A DNA stretch of 64,000 nucleotides from Ascidiella aspersa (Eukaryota): assembly GCA_963924565.1 (NCBI GenBank), contig OZ004608.1, forward strand, positions 11,160,001 through 11,224,000, read 5' to 3'. The notes below the pieces were generated by a model. The model worked only from the letters and a program-made list of their open reading frames with translations. It was not told where the DNA came from and did not search any database. The translations under genes were made by a program, and so were the position numbers. Shown here piece by piece: positions 25,901 to 38,400 of this stretch (positions within the stretch are counted from its first letter, which is position 1; each line of letters opens with the position of its first letter).

Positions 25901-27249
25901 CTGAGGGCCCTGCCAATGATGACGTCGCCCCCTTTTGCGGGAACGCATTCCGGAACCGGCCGAGCGTGAAAGGTGCTGTGATTGGCCGATGGGGATTTGC
26001 CCGGAAAGCTCAACAAACTCGATTTTGTTGTTTCGACGCACTTCAATCGAAATGCGCGAATAAATTGACCCCGCCGGAGCTTGTCGCCCTCGATGGGATT
26101 TACGAAAATACCTTACCGAGCCGTGGTTTCTAACTATGGGTGTCTTCAAAGCACTTCACGTCTAAGCTTTATCGTCCTTGTTTAAATAGACCGACCAATA
26201 TTTTGTTAACGATCGAGTTATTTTTTTACAACATTACCAAGATAATTAAATAGCGGCTTAAGGTTTCGGTGTTTAAAAAGGTAAATTTTTGTGTAATGAA
26301 AATAATTAGAAGCAGGAAAAACAATTTTATTTGATATATTGTTTTGTTTTTTTAATTGTGTCTTTCAACTTAAATTACTATATATTTGAAGCGCCGCCAT
26401 GCCTCAATAAAATTTATTGAAAATATGCCCCCTAAATTACTATAATAAGGAGCCGCCCCTTTCTAATTTTTATGAGCAAACAACGAATGTCCTGTGACTT
26501 CACCTAACGTTCAGCTAAAATATTTTTTACGGCCGTTAGGTGACGCAATATACCCATATTGTAACTTTTATATCCATTTAAAATAGAATATCTTATTGAT
26601 TACAAAAAGATTTTTGATTTTCTTAAATTTTGATTGAATTGTTTTTTCGAACTCTTATTTAACACACTTCAATAGTGGCAAATATGCTACTAATATTGCA
26701 AACAGGACAAATTATCGTTTTAGTTGATTATTATTATCGTTCTACAAAAGTTTAAAGCTAATCCAACAAACAGCCAGAAAACTTTTCCACATTGTATTTG
26801 GAAAGCTATTAACCACGCTCCGATTTTCAAAAGTAAAGTATTTGTTTAATTAGCAAACCTTTCGTTGCAGCAAGAAAATTTAGAAGGTTGATTTGACGTT
26901 TGTTCTATGAAGTATACGAACAAATTTGTGTATTAACTGATTACTTTGAAAGCCCCTAACTAGGCAAGTTTAGTAAATGGTAATACATGTGTTTTAAAGG
27001 TAATCTCTTGGTTTAAAATAAAGCATTATTAAACAAACATAACCCTAAAGCGAATAAAGCTAAAAATAAAGTTGTCCTAATTTACAATAAAAATAAAGTT
27101 TGTCCTAATTTTTACAAATTGCAGTTTATCTGCTACAAACCATTTTTTATACCTGGCTTTGCCTTTGCCAAACAACCTTTGTTACGTAATACAAGTTTTA
27201 AACAATTAGCTTTGGCTTAGTAAAGTATTTTTGGAAATTTTTAAATCAT

Positions 27250-27541
27250 TTGTCTTGGAGATACAGAGGAAATTGTATAGCTGAAAGAGCAAAAAATGAC
27301 CAATCAGTATTCCTATACTGTACATTCGACTTGGTTCGAATATATAGGCTCCCTATGATGGGATTTTAAGTCTTGGTGATTTTCTGTAAGTACAGAAGAG
27401 AAAAATCGGGAGGTTTTCTGTGTTTGCAAAATACTAGTTAATTAGGCTTTTCAAGACTCGATATTCTGTATTGCAAAGTTGGTGGTTGCAACTCTATTTC
27501 TCAATGTTGGAAATTATTTAGGTGGAATACCCCCAAAAAAG
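27250..27541 (+). pseudogene. Possible upstream exon remnants of the decayed gene
   Basis: Donor CT|gtaagt at 27385/6, a 60-nt intron, then an open 96-nt block 27446-27541 (AFQDSIFCIAKLVVATLFLNVGNYLGGIPPKK) ending AAG|gtgagt. The preceding block has stops. No recognisable homology. Confidence 0.3.
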
Positions 27542-28486
27542 GTGAGTCAACTTTATTTTGGTCTTTTTTTATTTCTCTCTTCTAGCAAAAACTTTAAAAG
27601 TTCAATAAAAAAAAAAGTTTTGCATTAGCTGCTTTCGTTTTCACTTGAAGTATTGATAAAGATTTATTCTTTGCACTCAAGTTCACGCGATCAAGGGTCA
27701 ACCCCGACTCATCAACCATAAAGGAGAAAATATTTACTGAGGTATCTATTTTGTGTGAATAACTTAACAAACGAATATTAGATTCATAAAACAAAAAGTT
27801 TTATAAATCTCAATTAAACACTAGGAATTAAACTTGTTAAATGATGACCAGGCTGAATTTTTTTTCAGGGTTTAACTTTTTTTAGAAATTATTAAAAGAA
27901 GTTGATTAAAGTTAATAATAAATAACTAAAAAAACTTGTAATACTTGTTACTGAAATTTTGTTTGATTGATTTGAAGTTAATATTTCTAATATTTACAGG
28001 CCGCAAATAACTTGTTTGCTGCAATTAACAGGCAAAAAGTGTTGAACGATGTGCCTATCACAAGCAAGTTAAGCGCAAAGGATAAGTGCTGGCTGCTAAA
28101 ATTGGACGCAGCGTAGTCGCTCGGAACGGGTGATCCCAAAGTTTGATTTGTTAGAGGCGCTCAAGAGGTTGCCCAATGACCCCGAAGAGCATAACACAAC
28201 CCTAAAAGAGCAAGAATGGGGGCGATATTACTAGGAAGAGCTAAGCTGCAAAGAAACAAACATTAAATACCAAACTTTTCCGAGGTAAGTCGTTGTTTGC
28301 CAAGTTTACCTTGTTGCATAACTGATATACTTCTTTAACCAAAAATATGCAAAAAAACACCGCAAGAGAAACCTAATATTTGAGCGATAGATATTAAACC
28401 AGGGGCGGGCAACTTCTTCAGTCGGCGGGCCTGATATGAAAAATGAAGTACTTGGCTGGCCGGATTCCTGAATCGATACAATAATC

Positions 28487-28674
28487 GTATTGCCATACCC
28501 TGAATGTTTTGTCGCATAATGGCGGCTAATGTTGTACTCTTTGAACATGACAACACTTTCTTTGCACAGCAAACATACTGCCTTTTTGCCGACTTGAGTG
28601 AAAAATTACTAAGGCATTCAATCTTTGTTAAATTCGCGACCCTCCTTGTCAACTTTACCTTTCTTGTCAAAACC
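28487..28674 (-). pseudogene. hAT transposase N-terminal BED-type zinc-finger remnant (SPIN/GTF2IRD2-like)
   Basis: The minus strand translates as GFDKKGKVDKEGREFNKD*MP**FFTQVGKKAVCLLCKESVVMFKEYNISRHYATKHSGYGNT, the typical KVD..R.F...W...YFF.....AVCL.C.E.V...KEYN..RHY.TKH signature, with three in-frame stops. Confidence 0.85.
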
Positions 28675-28713
28675 CAAGGGAAAATATAGATTTCAAATTC
28701 TAAATCTCATTTG

Positions 28714-28913
28714 CAGTGTTGTAAGCAAATCATTTTGAAATAACTGAAGTCCCAGTCAAGTCATTTGTAAAATAACTTAAGTCCAAGTCAAGTCTTTTTG
28801 AATAAATAACAAGTCAAGTCCCAGTCCAAGTCATAAATAACTCAAGTCAAGTCCTAATCAAGCCTTCATTTCAATCGTAATTTACCAAAAAGACTTAAAT
28901 CATTACAACACTG
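28714..28913. mobile_element. CAAGT-repeat MITE nested in the hAT element
   Basis: Perfect TIRs CAGTGTTGTAA / TTACAACACTG, internal (CAAGT)n arrays, TSD CTCATTTG / CTAATTTG (7/8); a second family member lies at 20777-21003. Confidence 0.8.
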
Positions 28914-29352
28914 CTAATTTGGGAGCACACAATAAAGTCAAATAAGCAGTAATACCCACGACAGAATAAAAACTTAATCGTCCGAATAAGACCTAAAAAA
29001 TAAGGCCTAAATGGCCAACATAATGCTTGAAACTGCAGGGAGAGGGTATGGGACGATCGAGGGCAATTCATATGGCATCGGCCGTTTTGGTGGCGAATTT
29101 TGTGCGCCCTAGTTTGAAGGTCGCCGTTATGCTTATGGCGCCGCTGTTTTGGCACCTAATTTTTTACCTCTTTTTTGGGTTATTGGTGCGATACGTGTGG
29201 TTAGAAAATCGGTTAGGGTTGAAATTATTAGGGGAGTTAGTTATGTACCTAGAGGTGGGGTTTTCGGGCTGGGTCCGGCCCGCGGGCCGTATGTTGCCCT
29301 CCCCTGGATTAAACAATACAAACAAAATCATTTTTATTTTAAATGTTTATAG

Positions 29353-30572
29353 CAAGGGTGTCCAACCTTTCAGCTCTTGACGGCCGCATTGACAGTCTTA
29401 TTTTCCTCACGGCCGCAAGTTAAATTTTTTTAGGGATGACTCAAAAAGTTGTAAAATCATGACGTCATAGCATAATCAATCTTAAAAAGACGTTTTGTTG
29501 TCTAATAAACTCGTGGTAAAATATGAAACCTAAATGCAGATTGAAAAAAAAATGCGTTTACTACGTTTAGATTTGGCAAAAATTTTAATTCAATCGAAAT
29601 GGGCTTAGGCACATAAAATAATCGCATACTGTTGTAAACACAAGCATTTATGTAAGAGTTGGATTATATTAGTAATGCGGCGCAATATGCCATGATATAA
29701 ATAGCACTTTCGATATTAACAGATTTACTTCAAAGGGACTAAAATACAATATAAACAGACGCGAAAAAATCGCTTTTGCATTGAATTTTGGATCCATCCC
29801 TGCTCTAATGCTTTTAGCCAATCTAATGACCAGCAATGGTAGACGAATGTCTGGCTGGCCTATAACATAAAAACCTTGTCTAATTTTGCTGTCTCAAAGT
29901 TCTAAATTCAGCATTTTTTTCTATACTGGCATTTGTTTTAAATTTCGTGCAAGTTTTTATTACATTGCCAAAAATTAAAAACAAATTAAAAATATATGCC
30001 CAATATTTTTGAATACGGTTTCCGTTTGTCCGCAACCCACTTGTCAGCCTTCCACTGTTCAACGATAAAGAAGCGCTAATCTATAGTTCAAATGATAGCC
30101 TCAAAACGTAAACGAACCGGACGCACAAATGAAATTCGCGCGAAGCGCGAAAAATGTTACGCCCTTGCCTAGTTAAAATAGTGCAAAAGTATTCGTAATG
30201 GACTCGTGTCTATAGTTTGTCCAAAGAGGCCGCGGGCCGGATAAATTACATTGGCGAGCCGATCCGGTCCGCGGGCCGTAGGTTGCCTACCCCTGTCATA
30301 CACTGATTTCTTTGTGCATCAATCAATCATTGAAATCAAGTTTTTTTTTAGAGCACATAAGAAATCTGTTCACTGACAATGTAGCGAAAGAGCTTATATC
30401 TCACTGATTTAGCTGCACTCCCTAAAGTCGTAAAAAATTATAATCTGCATTTAGCATATCTACCATTAACGCATGGCAGCACGGTCGGTCACGGCCGCCA
30501 ACACATGCTTATTAAAATACGTGTTAACGGCCGCACAATTATTCATCGACGGCCGCAGGTTGGACACCGTTG
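29353..30572. mobile_element. Non-autonomous hAT element with perfect TSD; contains the end of another hAT element (ending 30294)
   Basis: TIRs CAAGGGTGTCCAACC / GGTTGGACACCGTTG, subterminal ACGGCCGCA repeats, perfect 8-bp TSD GTTTATAG at 29345-29352 and 30573-30580; internal GGCCGCGGGCCG...GTTGCCTACCCCTG end at 30228-30294. Confidence 0.85.
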
Positions 30573-32559
30573 GTTTATAGGCTGCACGCGACTTGTCGGC
30601 TATAGCAAAACTACAAGAAAGTGTGCAAAAGACGATAACTGGCTGCAAAGGTTGGCGCAACACAGTCGCTCTAAGCATGAGCCTATACAAGTGTCGATTT
30701 GATAGAGGCCCTCAACAGGTTGCCCGATAAAGACGAAGAGTGACTTTTCGGCTGCGACAAACAGACACAGAACAGTCTCTCCAAAAGGGTGCTTGCAAGT
30801 TTTGATTTGATTGAGGCCTTCAATAGGATGCCCGATGATGACTAACAGCAAAGTAAGACTCCAGAAGAGGAAGAATGGGAGCGATATTACGAAGAAGTGA
30901 TAAAGTTACAGCAGCAAGAAACAAACATTAAAGATAAAACATAAATGGGTGTAATTGTTTGTTTTTAACTTATTTACTTAGTAACCTAAATGATGTATTT
31001 CCTTAACAAAATTATACAAAAAACACCGCAAGAGAAACCTAACATCTATAATTTTACCATTTATTTTTTAAAAGTTAGAAATCATGCAACAAGTAATATT
31101 CATCGTGAATTTTTACATGCCGTAAGCGACTTTTCGGCTACTTTAAAACCACAAGAAAGTATAGAATGAGGGAGGAGACGATTGTTGGCTGCAAAATTGG
31201 ACGCAGAACAATCGTTCGAAGCGGGTACCTACAAGTTTTGATTCGGTAGAGGCGCTCAACAGGATGCCTAATGACGACGAAGAGCAAAGTAAGACTCTAG
31301 CAGAGGAAGAATGGGGGCGATATTACGAAGAAGTGATGAAATTGCAGCAGCAAGGAACAAACATTAAAGATAAAACATAAATGGGGGTAATTATTTTTTT
31401 TAACTTGTATTTCTTTAACAAAATTGTACCAAAACCACCGTAAGAGAAACCTAACATTGATCATTTTAGTGTTTATTTTTTAAGAGTTAGAAAGTGACTT
31501 GTTGGCTACCATCCATAAAGCCACAAGAAAGTATGGAATTAGTGGCCAGTTTTCTATTCTGAAAAAGCACGCTTAGCGAAGACGAATCCTGGCTTCAAAA
31601 TAGGGCGCAGCACAGTCCCTCTAAGTATGAGCCTACACGTTTTGATATGATATAAGCCCTTAGCAGGATGCCCAGTGACTATGAAGAGCAAATTAAGACT
31701 CAAGAAGAGAAGAATATGTGCATTTTACACAACATGATCACCGACGAAGGTTCACGAAACTCATAGCAATTACTGAAAGGAAATGTTTCTAACAAAACCG
31801 CGACCACGGCCTAATTAGATTTATGCTCCAAGTTTACTGGAAGAAAAAAGTGTATATGTTCGAGGCATTAAAAAATATAAATACGTGACGTTCAAAATGT
31901 TAGGACTATAGTCACGCATTGGCTTACAAAAATGCAGACCTACGCTGCCTTCGTTGGTGACATCGTCCGGTGCGATGAATCAGAAAATCATAATTGTCCT
32001 TCTATACTGCACAAATTGTGGTTTCCAGTGTTATATTATGGTGATGGTGTTGCAAGAATTTTTTTTATAGTATCAATAGCAAACGATTAGGTATTCACTC
32101 AAGTAAATAATATGTTGTTCCGAAAGTCACAGATAATGATTTTGTCCTGCGTTTAGACCGCCCAGTTATCGACAATATTTGGACAATAATAGCGCAACAC
32201 TCGATCTTCGCGTTTTGCACTTAGTATTTACTTAAAACAATTATAACAATGTAATAGTAAGATATTTATCGATGGTAAATTGATAAAAGGACAGCCACAA
32301 AAATACTGCAATTGCAATTTTGAAATACATTATAATACGATATTATAATGATATATGGAGGCAATTTTACTTACTTGTATCGTAAAATGCAGAAATAAAG
32401 GTTTTAAAACATTGCACTTTATTCATTAGCAGTCTTCGAGCTGCTGCCAAGATTATAATCAATATAATTACTTAAACCGTCGCAAGATCTCTCCCAGATC
32501 GCTTCTCTAAGTGGATATTTATATTGGATTTCCACAGATAACCTAATTTACCCTCTTCA

Positions 32560-32930
32560 CCCGCGCCCAGCGCAACTCCGTTTGCAGGCCTTCACGCATC
32601 GCTAAACCCGCCTCTCTCTCCTCTCCGAAATTGAGTATTTCCTCTGTGACGTCATACAACAGCTAACGCACTCGACGCGCGAAAACCAAAAGCGTTTTCC
32701 TGGCAAGCAAGGCAGCAAGCAGACAGGCAACTTCTTGGCAAGGCAAGTCAGAACAACGATGTTTCAAAGTGAGCACAAACCAGCAGTAGAAAAAGAACAA
32801 CAACAGCAGCTTGGAAATCCCTTGGGTGAAAGGATATAGCAGGTCCCTAAAGAAAAGCTCTTTTATGCCTTCGTCCATAGCTAATTAGTTTCACATTTTG
32901 TAGTGTGTAGCATTGCAGTCGAAAGTAACT
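32560..32930 (+). promoter_or_regulatory. Probable promoter and first (5' UTR) exon of the CaaX-protein gene
   Basis: GC/CpG-rich patch with GC-box-like CCCGCC, a CT tract and a perfect CRE TGACGTCA at 32647-32654, followed by purine-rich UTR-like sequence ~2.7 kb upstream of the first coding exon. Exact TSS and donor not determined. Confidence 0.45.
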
Positions 32931-35406
32931 AGCACTTTAGGCACATGCGTACACAGTTAATCAGGGATACGTGCTGTGGTTGAAATTGTGTTGGAAGTAA
33001 CCTAATTTATGCTACTGATGTTGCAAGTATATTCAATGCTTTGAAATTATTTTAATTGATGTGGTAGCCCCTAAAGAGGATTTTGTACAATGTTTACAAT
33101 TGTTTTCCATTAAACGCGCACCAATTTATGATGGTGTGTAACGAGAACTGTTCATTCCACCACTGGGTGTAAAGTTTAAAAAACGTTAAATCTTTGCTTT
33201 GTGTACAATGCAAACAACACTACGTTACAATTCGCACGTTTTCTTTGGGTCAATAAACTTGTTTTACCCGCAGGTATTTGGGGTGTTGGTAAATACGGAT
33301 AATCTGGCCAGGGTTCGTAGACTTATTTTGTAAACAATGCACTTTTTGATGTTTTTTGAAGGTGGCCAAAGCCCAGTGTAAACGTTTTTGTTCGGGTGCT
33401 ATCAGGTTAGGCACAACTAATTTATTTTACTTTTCATGATTAAACGTTTAACCAAACGTGCGAATTATTTTATCTACTTTCTTCAGTATTTACAACGTCA
33501 TACGTCTAATATAGTACGGCTGTCTGAAATAAAAACGTTTTTTGGCCTGATTATATATTATTTCGATAAAAGTAGGCCAACATTTATCAATTAAATTTGC
33601 GTACTATTCAGTAATATAAAACGTTGTTTTGAAAATCCTCACTAAAATTTTGTGAACTAATTAAGCTCGTGGTTTGATGTTGCTCACGAAGTTTAATCGA
33701 ATACGGGTTTTTGTTGTTTCCCACACTTGGCCATACATAAGGCACAAAGCGAAACAAACTTGCTGCAACAAATAACATCGTTGTTATATGATTTGGTTAT
33801 GTTGGTTTGCAGTATGCACGACGTTACAACATTAATACTAAAAACATAAAATGTTTTCCCTGCTAAGAGTGCTTTACTATTTAGAGTTGACTCTAAATAA
33901 GTTTTGAAGAGTAAATTTTCATGCCGCGCCAGACAATCTTTCTGGTGTCATTAATCGTGCAATGGCGTTTAGGTTTGCGGTAATCTGAAAGTCAATCGAA
34001 GCCGTTCTAAGTCTCGAAGCAGGCAAAATCCATTGATTGCGAGAAAGTTGTGGCTGGACCCTGCTCTTGTATGTAGCAACGTTCGACTTCCTGGCAAACC
34101 TTATTGATGAAAGCCATTTAGTGTTACAGCGAGGTTATCAAAGTTTTAAAATGATGTGGGGCGTGCCACTTTTATGTATTTTCGCTAGCTATTTAGTCGT
34201 TATCAACAGAATATGTACAGCGGATTGTGGTCTTGTCTAATTTAGTTTATGTTTCGAGATTGCACACGTGTGACCATTGTATCTTGTAAGCAGACTTCGA
34301 CAACTAGCTGTAGTTCTAGTTTTCTAATTCAATGAATTAGAGCAAAATGCGGCTAATTCTAACCCTAATCTAATTTGTAAATCGTCTGTGTGCTTTAATT
34401 CTAGTTCTAACTAATTCGGATTTGACGAAAAACGCTACTTCCAGTGGCATTTTTAGTCATTCAGTTGAGTCGGATGCTCGGATCGAATAATTTGAATGAA
34501 TTTAATTATCTTCGTCGACAAGGCTTGTAGGTGATTTTTACAGTCTGGAAAGCAACGACCATGCTCAAACGTATAAAAACAAACACCAAACAAAATAATA
34601 TGGCCTTATTTTGATTCTAATCTATTTTTAAAATGCAAAAATAAATCTAGTTGTCAAAGTCTGCTTGTAAGACACAATGTTATTTGAGAGGATAGTTTTG
34701 TTCGTAAACTTTTCGCTGGACAACGTTAAACGTTAGTTGTTCCAGTGCTTTTTTAAATCTAATTTATTTCCCAAAAAAATTCTCTTTAAAGTCGATTTTT
34801 GTCGCTCTGTTTTCAATGAATTAAAGGTGGTGTTTCAAAAGCTGCGGAAAGGCGACAATTTGGCGAACAGCAACTAATCCATCGATTGCCTGTCGCACAT
34901 TATTGATCACATAAAATGACGCGGTGCTATTATCGTCAGTTGCACAAGCGTAACATTGCTCCGCTATTTCAGCCCTTTGTTGCATTATACAACGTGTGAA
35001 CTGTGAACACATCCGTTTTTTGTTGAGCAGATATTGTTAGGAGGTACGACGAGCAGTACGATTGCTCCCTAGAACTAAAACGAAAAGAAACGGCCTCGGT
35101 CAAAATATATAGTCAAAAATATTGACCACGATAAATGGGTCGTTCGTTCGTTGAGCTATGCTCATAGTGCAAAAAGTTAGATCAAGAATATAAATTTATA
35201 TTGGAGAACACAAATTTGTATTTAATAATAGGAATTGTAATCGCATTGTACAGTCCTATAGTACTAAAATTCGTCATATTTGCTTATAGAATATTTTAAG
35301 CTGCCGGCTAAATTTAGCTGCAAAACAACAGGTTTGCAAACCAAGTATGGATTTTATGACGCCAATCTACACCTGATCACCAGATTTTCGCCCCTTACCA
35401 GGCAAT

Positions 35407-38400
35407 ATGATGAACAGAGATTATGGGTAAGTTGATGTGCGATGGGTTGATCTCCTGACCTGAAATGGCTTATAAGAGATTTCTGCTTAGATTGGTCTCA
35501 CATGTATGACAACAAACGAACGTGTTTTACGATTTCCATACCGGACGGATTTCTTTACATTCAATATATAAAACACTCTTACTATTTCAAACACTTAATT
35601 GATAATTTGAAAAACTATATATCTCGGCCTTTATGGATTATTAAGCAATCTGATGTGCGATAAGTCGTTTTTCAGCTAATACCTAATTTTCACGTAAAAC
35701 TATCTTTATCCGATACCCATCACTTTCCGACTTCAACAAAGGAAACGAAACGTTAAAACACATGGCCCCAATTTTATTTCGACAAAGTTAGTCTCTGGGT
35801 TGCTTATCATGTTTAGAACGTATAATAGGATAGATGTCAGATCGGCACCGTTGCAGCCCAAAGGTTAGAATTAGACAAATTGTACAAATGACTAACATCA
35901 GTTTGTTTTATTCGAATTAATACGACTACACGTTATTAATATTAGGCCTACATGTAAAGCTCTACAATATTACTCCTAAATACAACAGACACCTACCAAG
36001 CTACCATATATCAGAACAATTTCAAAAAATTATCCAAAGCTTTATTTATCCTAATCATCTCGACTCCATACGTAAACGTTTGACGCTCTCTCTCACATCT
36101 CTAACTCCTTTTTAAATCTCAAACTTCAGCCGACGTCATCAGCTGATGACGCGCGCCAGCTCCGGCTACTTGCGTATGGCGATCTCGGGGTCGCGCGAGA
36201 GCATCGATGAAGACCTGGACGACGCCAGCTCGGACGCGGGATCCATCAGGAGCACTACGAGTGTTAGGAGCTACAAGAGCTGGAAGAGACAGCAGAGGTT
36301 GAGGAGAAGGCGTGCTCCCGCTCCTCTCGAGAGAGCGCAGAGTCTGTTCGGAGACGCGAGCAGCGACCAGCAATTGCACTTCAACGCAAACCGCAACAAC
36401 ATGGATCCTTTCTCGTTCGGAGTTCGGAGGTTGGTTTTTTAGGGCGTTAGGGAGGTTATTGCTGGTTGTATTTTAAAATAACTCTTTTTTAAAAAGTCGT
36501 AGCTAGTCCATTTCAAATTAACTTCAGTTAAAGTCAAAGTTTGCCAAAAATATCCAGCAGGTCAATCTCCAGTCCCAAGGTATTTTCATTAGCATCAAAA
36601 CAAAATGGTAATCCATTACCATTCATAACTAGTAAATACGCCCTGTTCTAAGCATCACATCGATTTGCAACCAACAAAGCCGCAACATATTGCAAGTTTG
36701 AGGAAATTGAGGGTAAATTTTACCAAAAATTTAATCAACACAAACACTCCCCAAGTTTAAGAAATATTGTTAGCCTTTGGGTTAGTTCAAGTCAGGTTAT
36801 TCGTTTGAATGACTTACGTCTTATCAATTTATTAAAAAAAACAGTGCCCGAAGTGCTATTAAGTCATGTCTTTGAAGTCCGAGGATACAAGTAAGCGGTG
36901 ACGTCCATAACGCGTTGCTATAAAATATTGCTGAATCGCCGTATCGGTTAAAATATGTTATTTTTTACCCGGCCATCCCGTAATTTCCTTTAATGTATTG
37001 GAAAGGTGGAACTAAAATTTTATTCAGGTTTCCTTAGGAAACTTAGCTAGACGTCCCTGATGACACAACTTTGTGACGTCATTTGTGAAAATTTTTATGC
37101 GTTGTAGTAAGGAAATTATTTTACCTTTACCCCCGCTTCAGTCATTACATTACAGCACTTGATGTTGCTGTTTTATTCGCAGTCGCAAAGCCAAATTTCA
37201 CCTGGATCTATTTAGGTCACTATTAGACTCATTTTCCTATTTGTCAGCTAATTAATAACAACGCAAAGTCGGTGACGTTTACATAAAACAAGTAAAAATG
37301 AAATACATTGGGTTCTATCTAGCATTTAGTTTGTTTCACCTTTTGTTCCATGGATGTCCAGTGGTGCGGGCATTTTTATAGAATAACTCTCGACCAAATT
37401 ATTATAGCCAAGGGACAAAATGACAAATTGTAAAAATATCAAGCTTTGTCTGTAAATTGTTGAACGAATTCGAGATAGAATTCTATTTGTCATCAAGTAA
37501 AACGCTATATTCCGGTATATTTTTTAGTCGGTTACTATCGAGATTACTGCCTTTAAGTCCTTCGCAAATATTGCTGTTTATTGTTGTATGTGTTTTTGCT
37601 GCTATGTTTATATAAACGAAACCCTGAAATACGCGTTGTGTGTTTTTCTTGTTGAATTCACGCGCTTCCGACTTACGTACTAAATGTAGAATAAAATTCA
37701 AAAATGCAATGAAAACTTGCCACATACAACGATCTTTGCAAATCCAATTGCTTAAAAAAACACTGGTAAAACATGGTATAATAACTTTTTTAATTAAATG
37801 GTTAGTTACATGAGTTCTCTTTTCCTACTGTTTATAGTGTTCATGTTGATAAAACACGTTTAGGCCCGATACGCCGAAACATTAGCTTTGTAAAGTTTAA
37901 ATTCTAATCTTTGTGTCTTTAACTTCAGGACACCATTGCCTCGACAGAATCGTGCACCACTCCCAACTGGATACAGGCCAAGTAAGCTGCGTTGCTGGTT
38001 GATGATGTTCTGTAATATCGGGTCGCGTATGTAACGACAAAGATCGTTATTGTGTAACGGCGTCGAGCCCGATATGTCAATAAAGTAGGCTTCTTGGTCT
38101 ATAACCACCAAACCAGCCAATAATTATGCGAATATAATTTTGTCGATTTAAGTTAGGGATTTGTCCAACAAGCATTATATTTTTTATTTGGTTTGTTTTT
38201 TCTCACTTTTTTTCGTGAATTCAAAGTCGGAAGAAAAATACATAAAATCTTTCTAATACTCGGGATTCTCCGCTACTAAAAATCAAGATGTCAAATAATG
38301 ATTTTGCGCAGGCAGCTTGCTAAATGCTATAGGTCAAACTACTGCGTCACTCCTATTTATGTTTTATGTAAATGTGGCTCTTTGCATAACTAGCCAAGTT

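Larger units (their letters stand above)
28400..29306 (-). mobile_element. Internally deleted hAT (Buster/Charlie/SPIN-type) DNA transposon
   Basis: TIRs CAGGGGCGGGCAAC (28400) and GTTGCCCTCCCCTG (ending 29306) with subterminal GGCCCGCGGGCCG; 8-bp TSD TATTAAAC / GATTAAAC (7/8, central TA); contains a transposase remnant. Confidence 0.85.
28041..31720 (+). pseudogene. Array of ~5 decayed copies of an exon-like unit (consensus ~D.WLQNWTQ.SRSKR.P..FDLIEALNRMP.D.EEQ.KT..EEEWGRYYEEV.KLQ) of unknown origin
   Basis: Homologous blocks at ~28041-28285, 30581-30740, 30765-30945, 31165-31380 and 31575-31720, three of them followed by a shared AAAACACCG(C/T)AAGAGAAACCTAA-like tail. Copy 1 has an acceptor (aacag|G) and donor (CCGAG|gtaagt). 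Most copies carry stops or frameshifts; 31165-31380 is open for 71 codons. Confidence 0.6.

Noticed and set aside
31290-31350. EEEWGRYYEEVMKL resembling the NPY/PYY helix (EELNRYY)
   Set aside because: No PP-fold prolines, no RxRY-G-KR amidation end and no signal peptide; the similarity is too short.
28041-31720. Repeat array as CRISPR-like or satellite
   Set aside because: Units are long, diverged and codon-structured with no unique spacers, and the sequence is eukaryotic.
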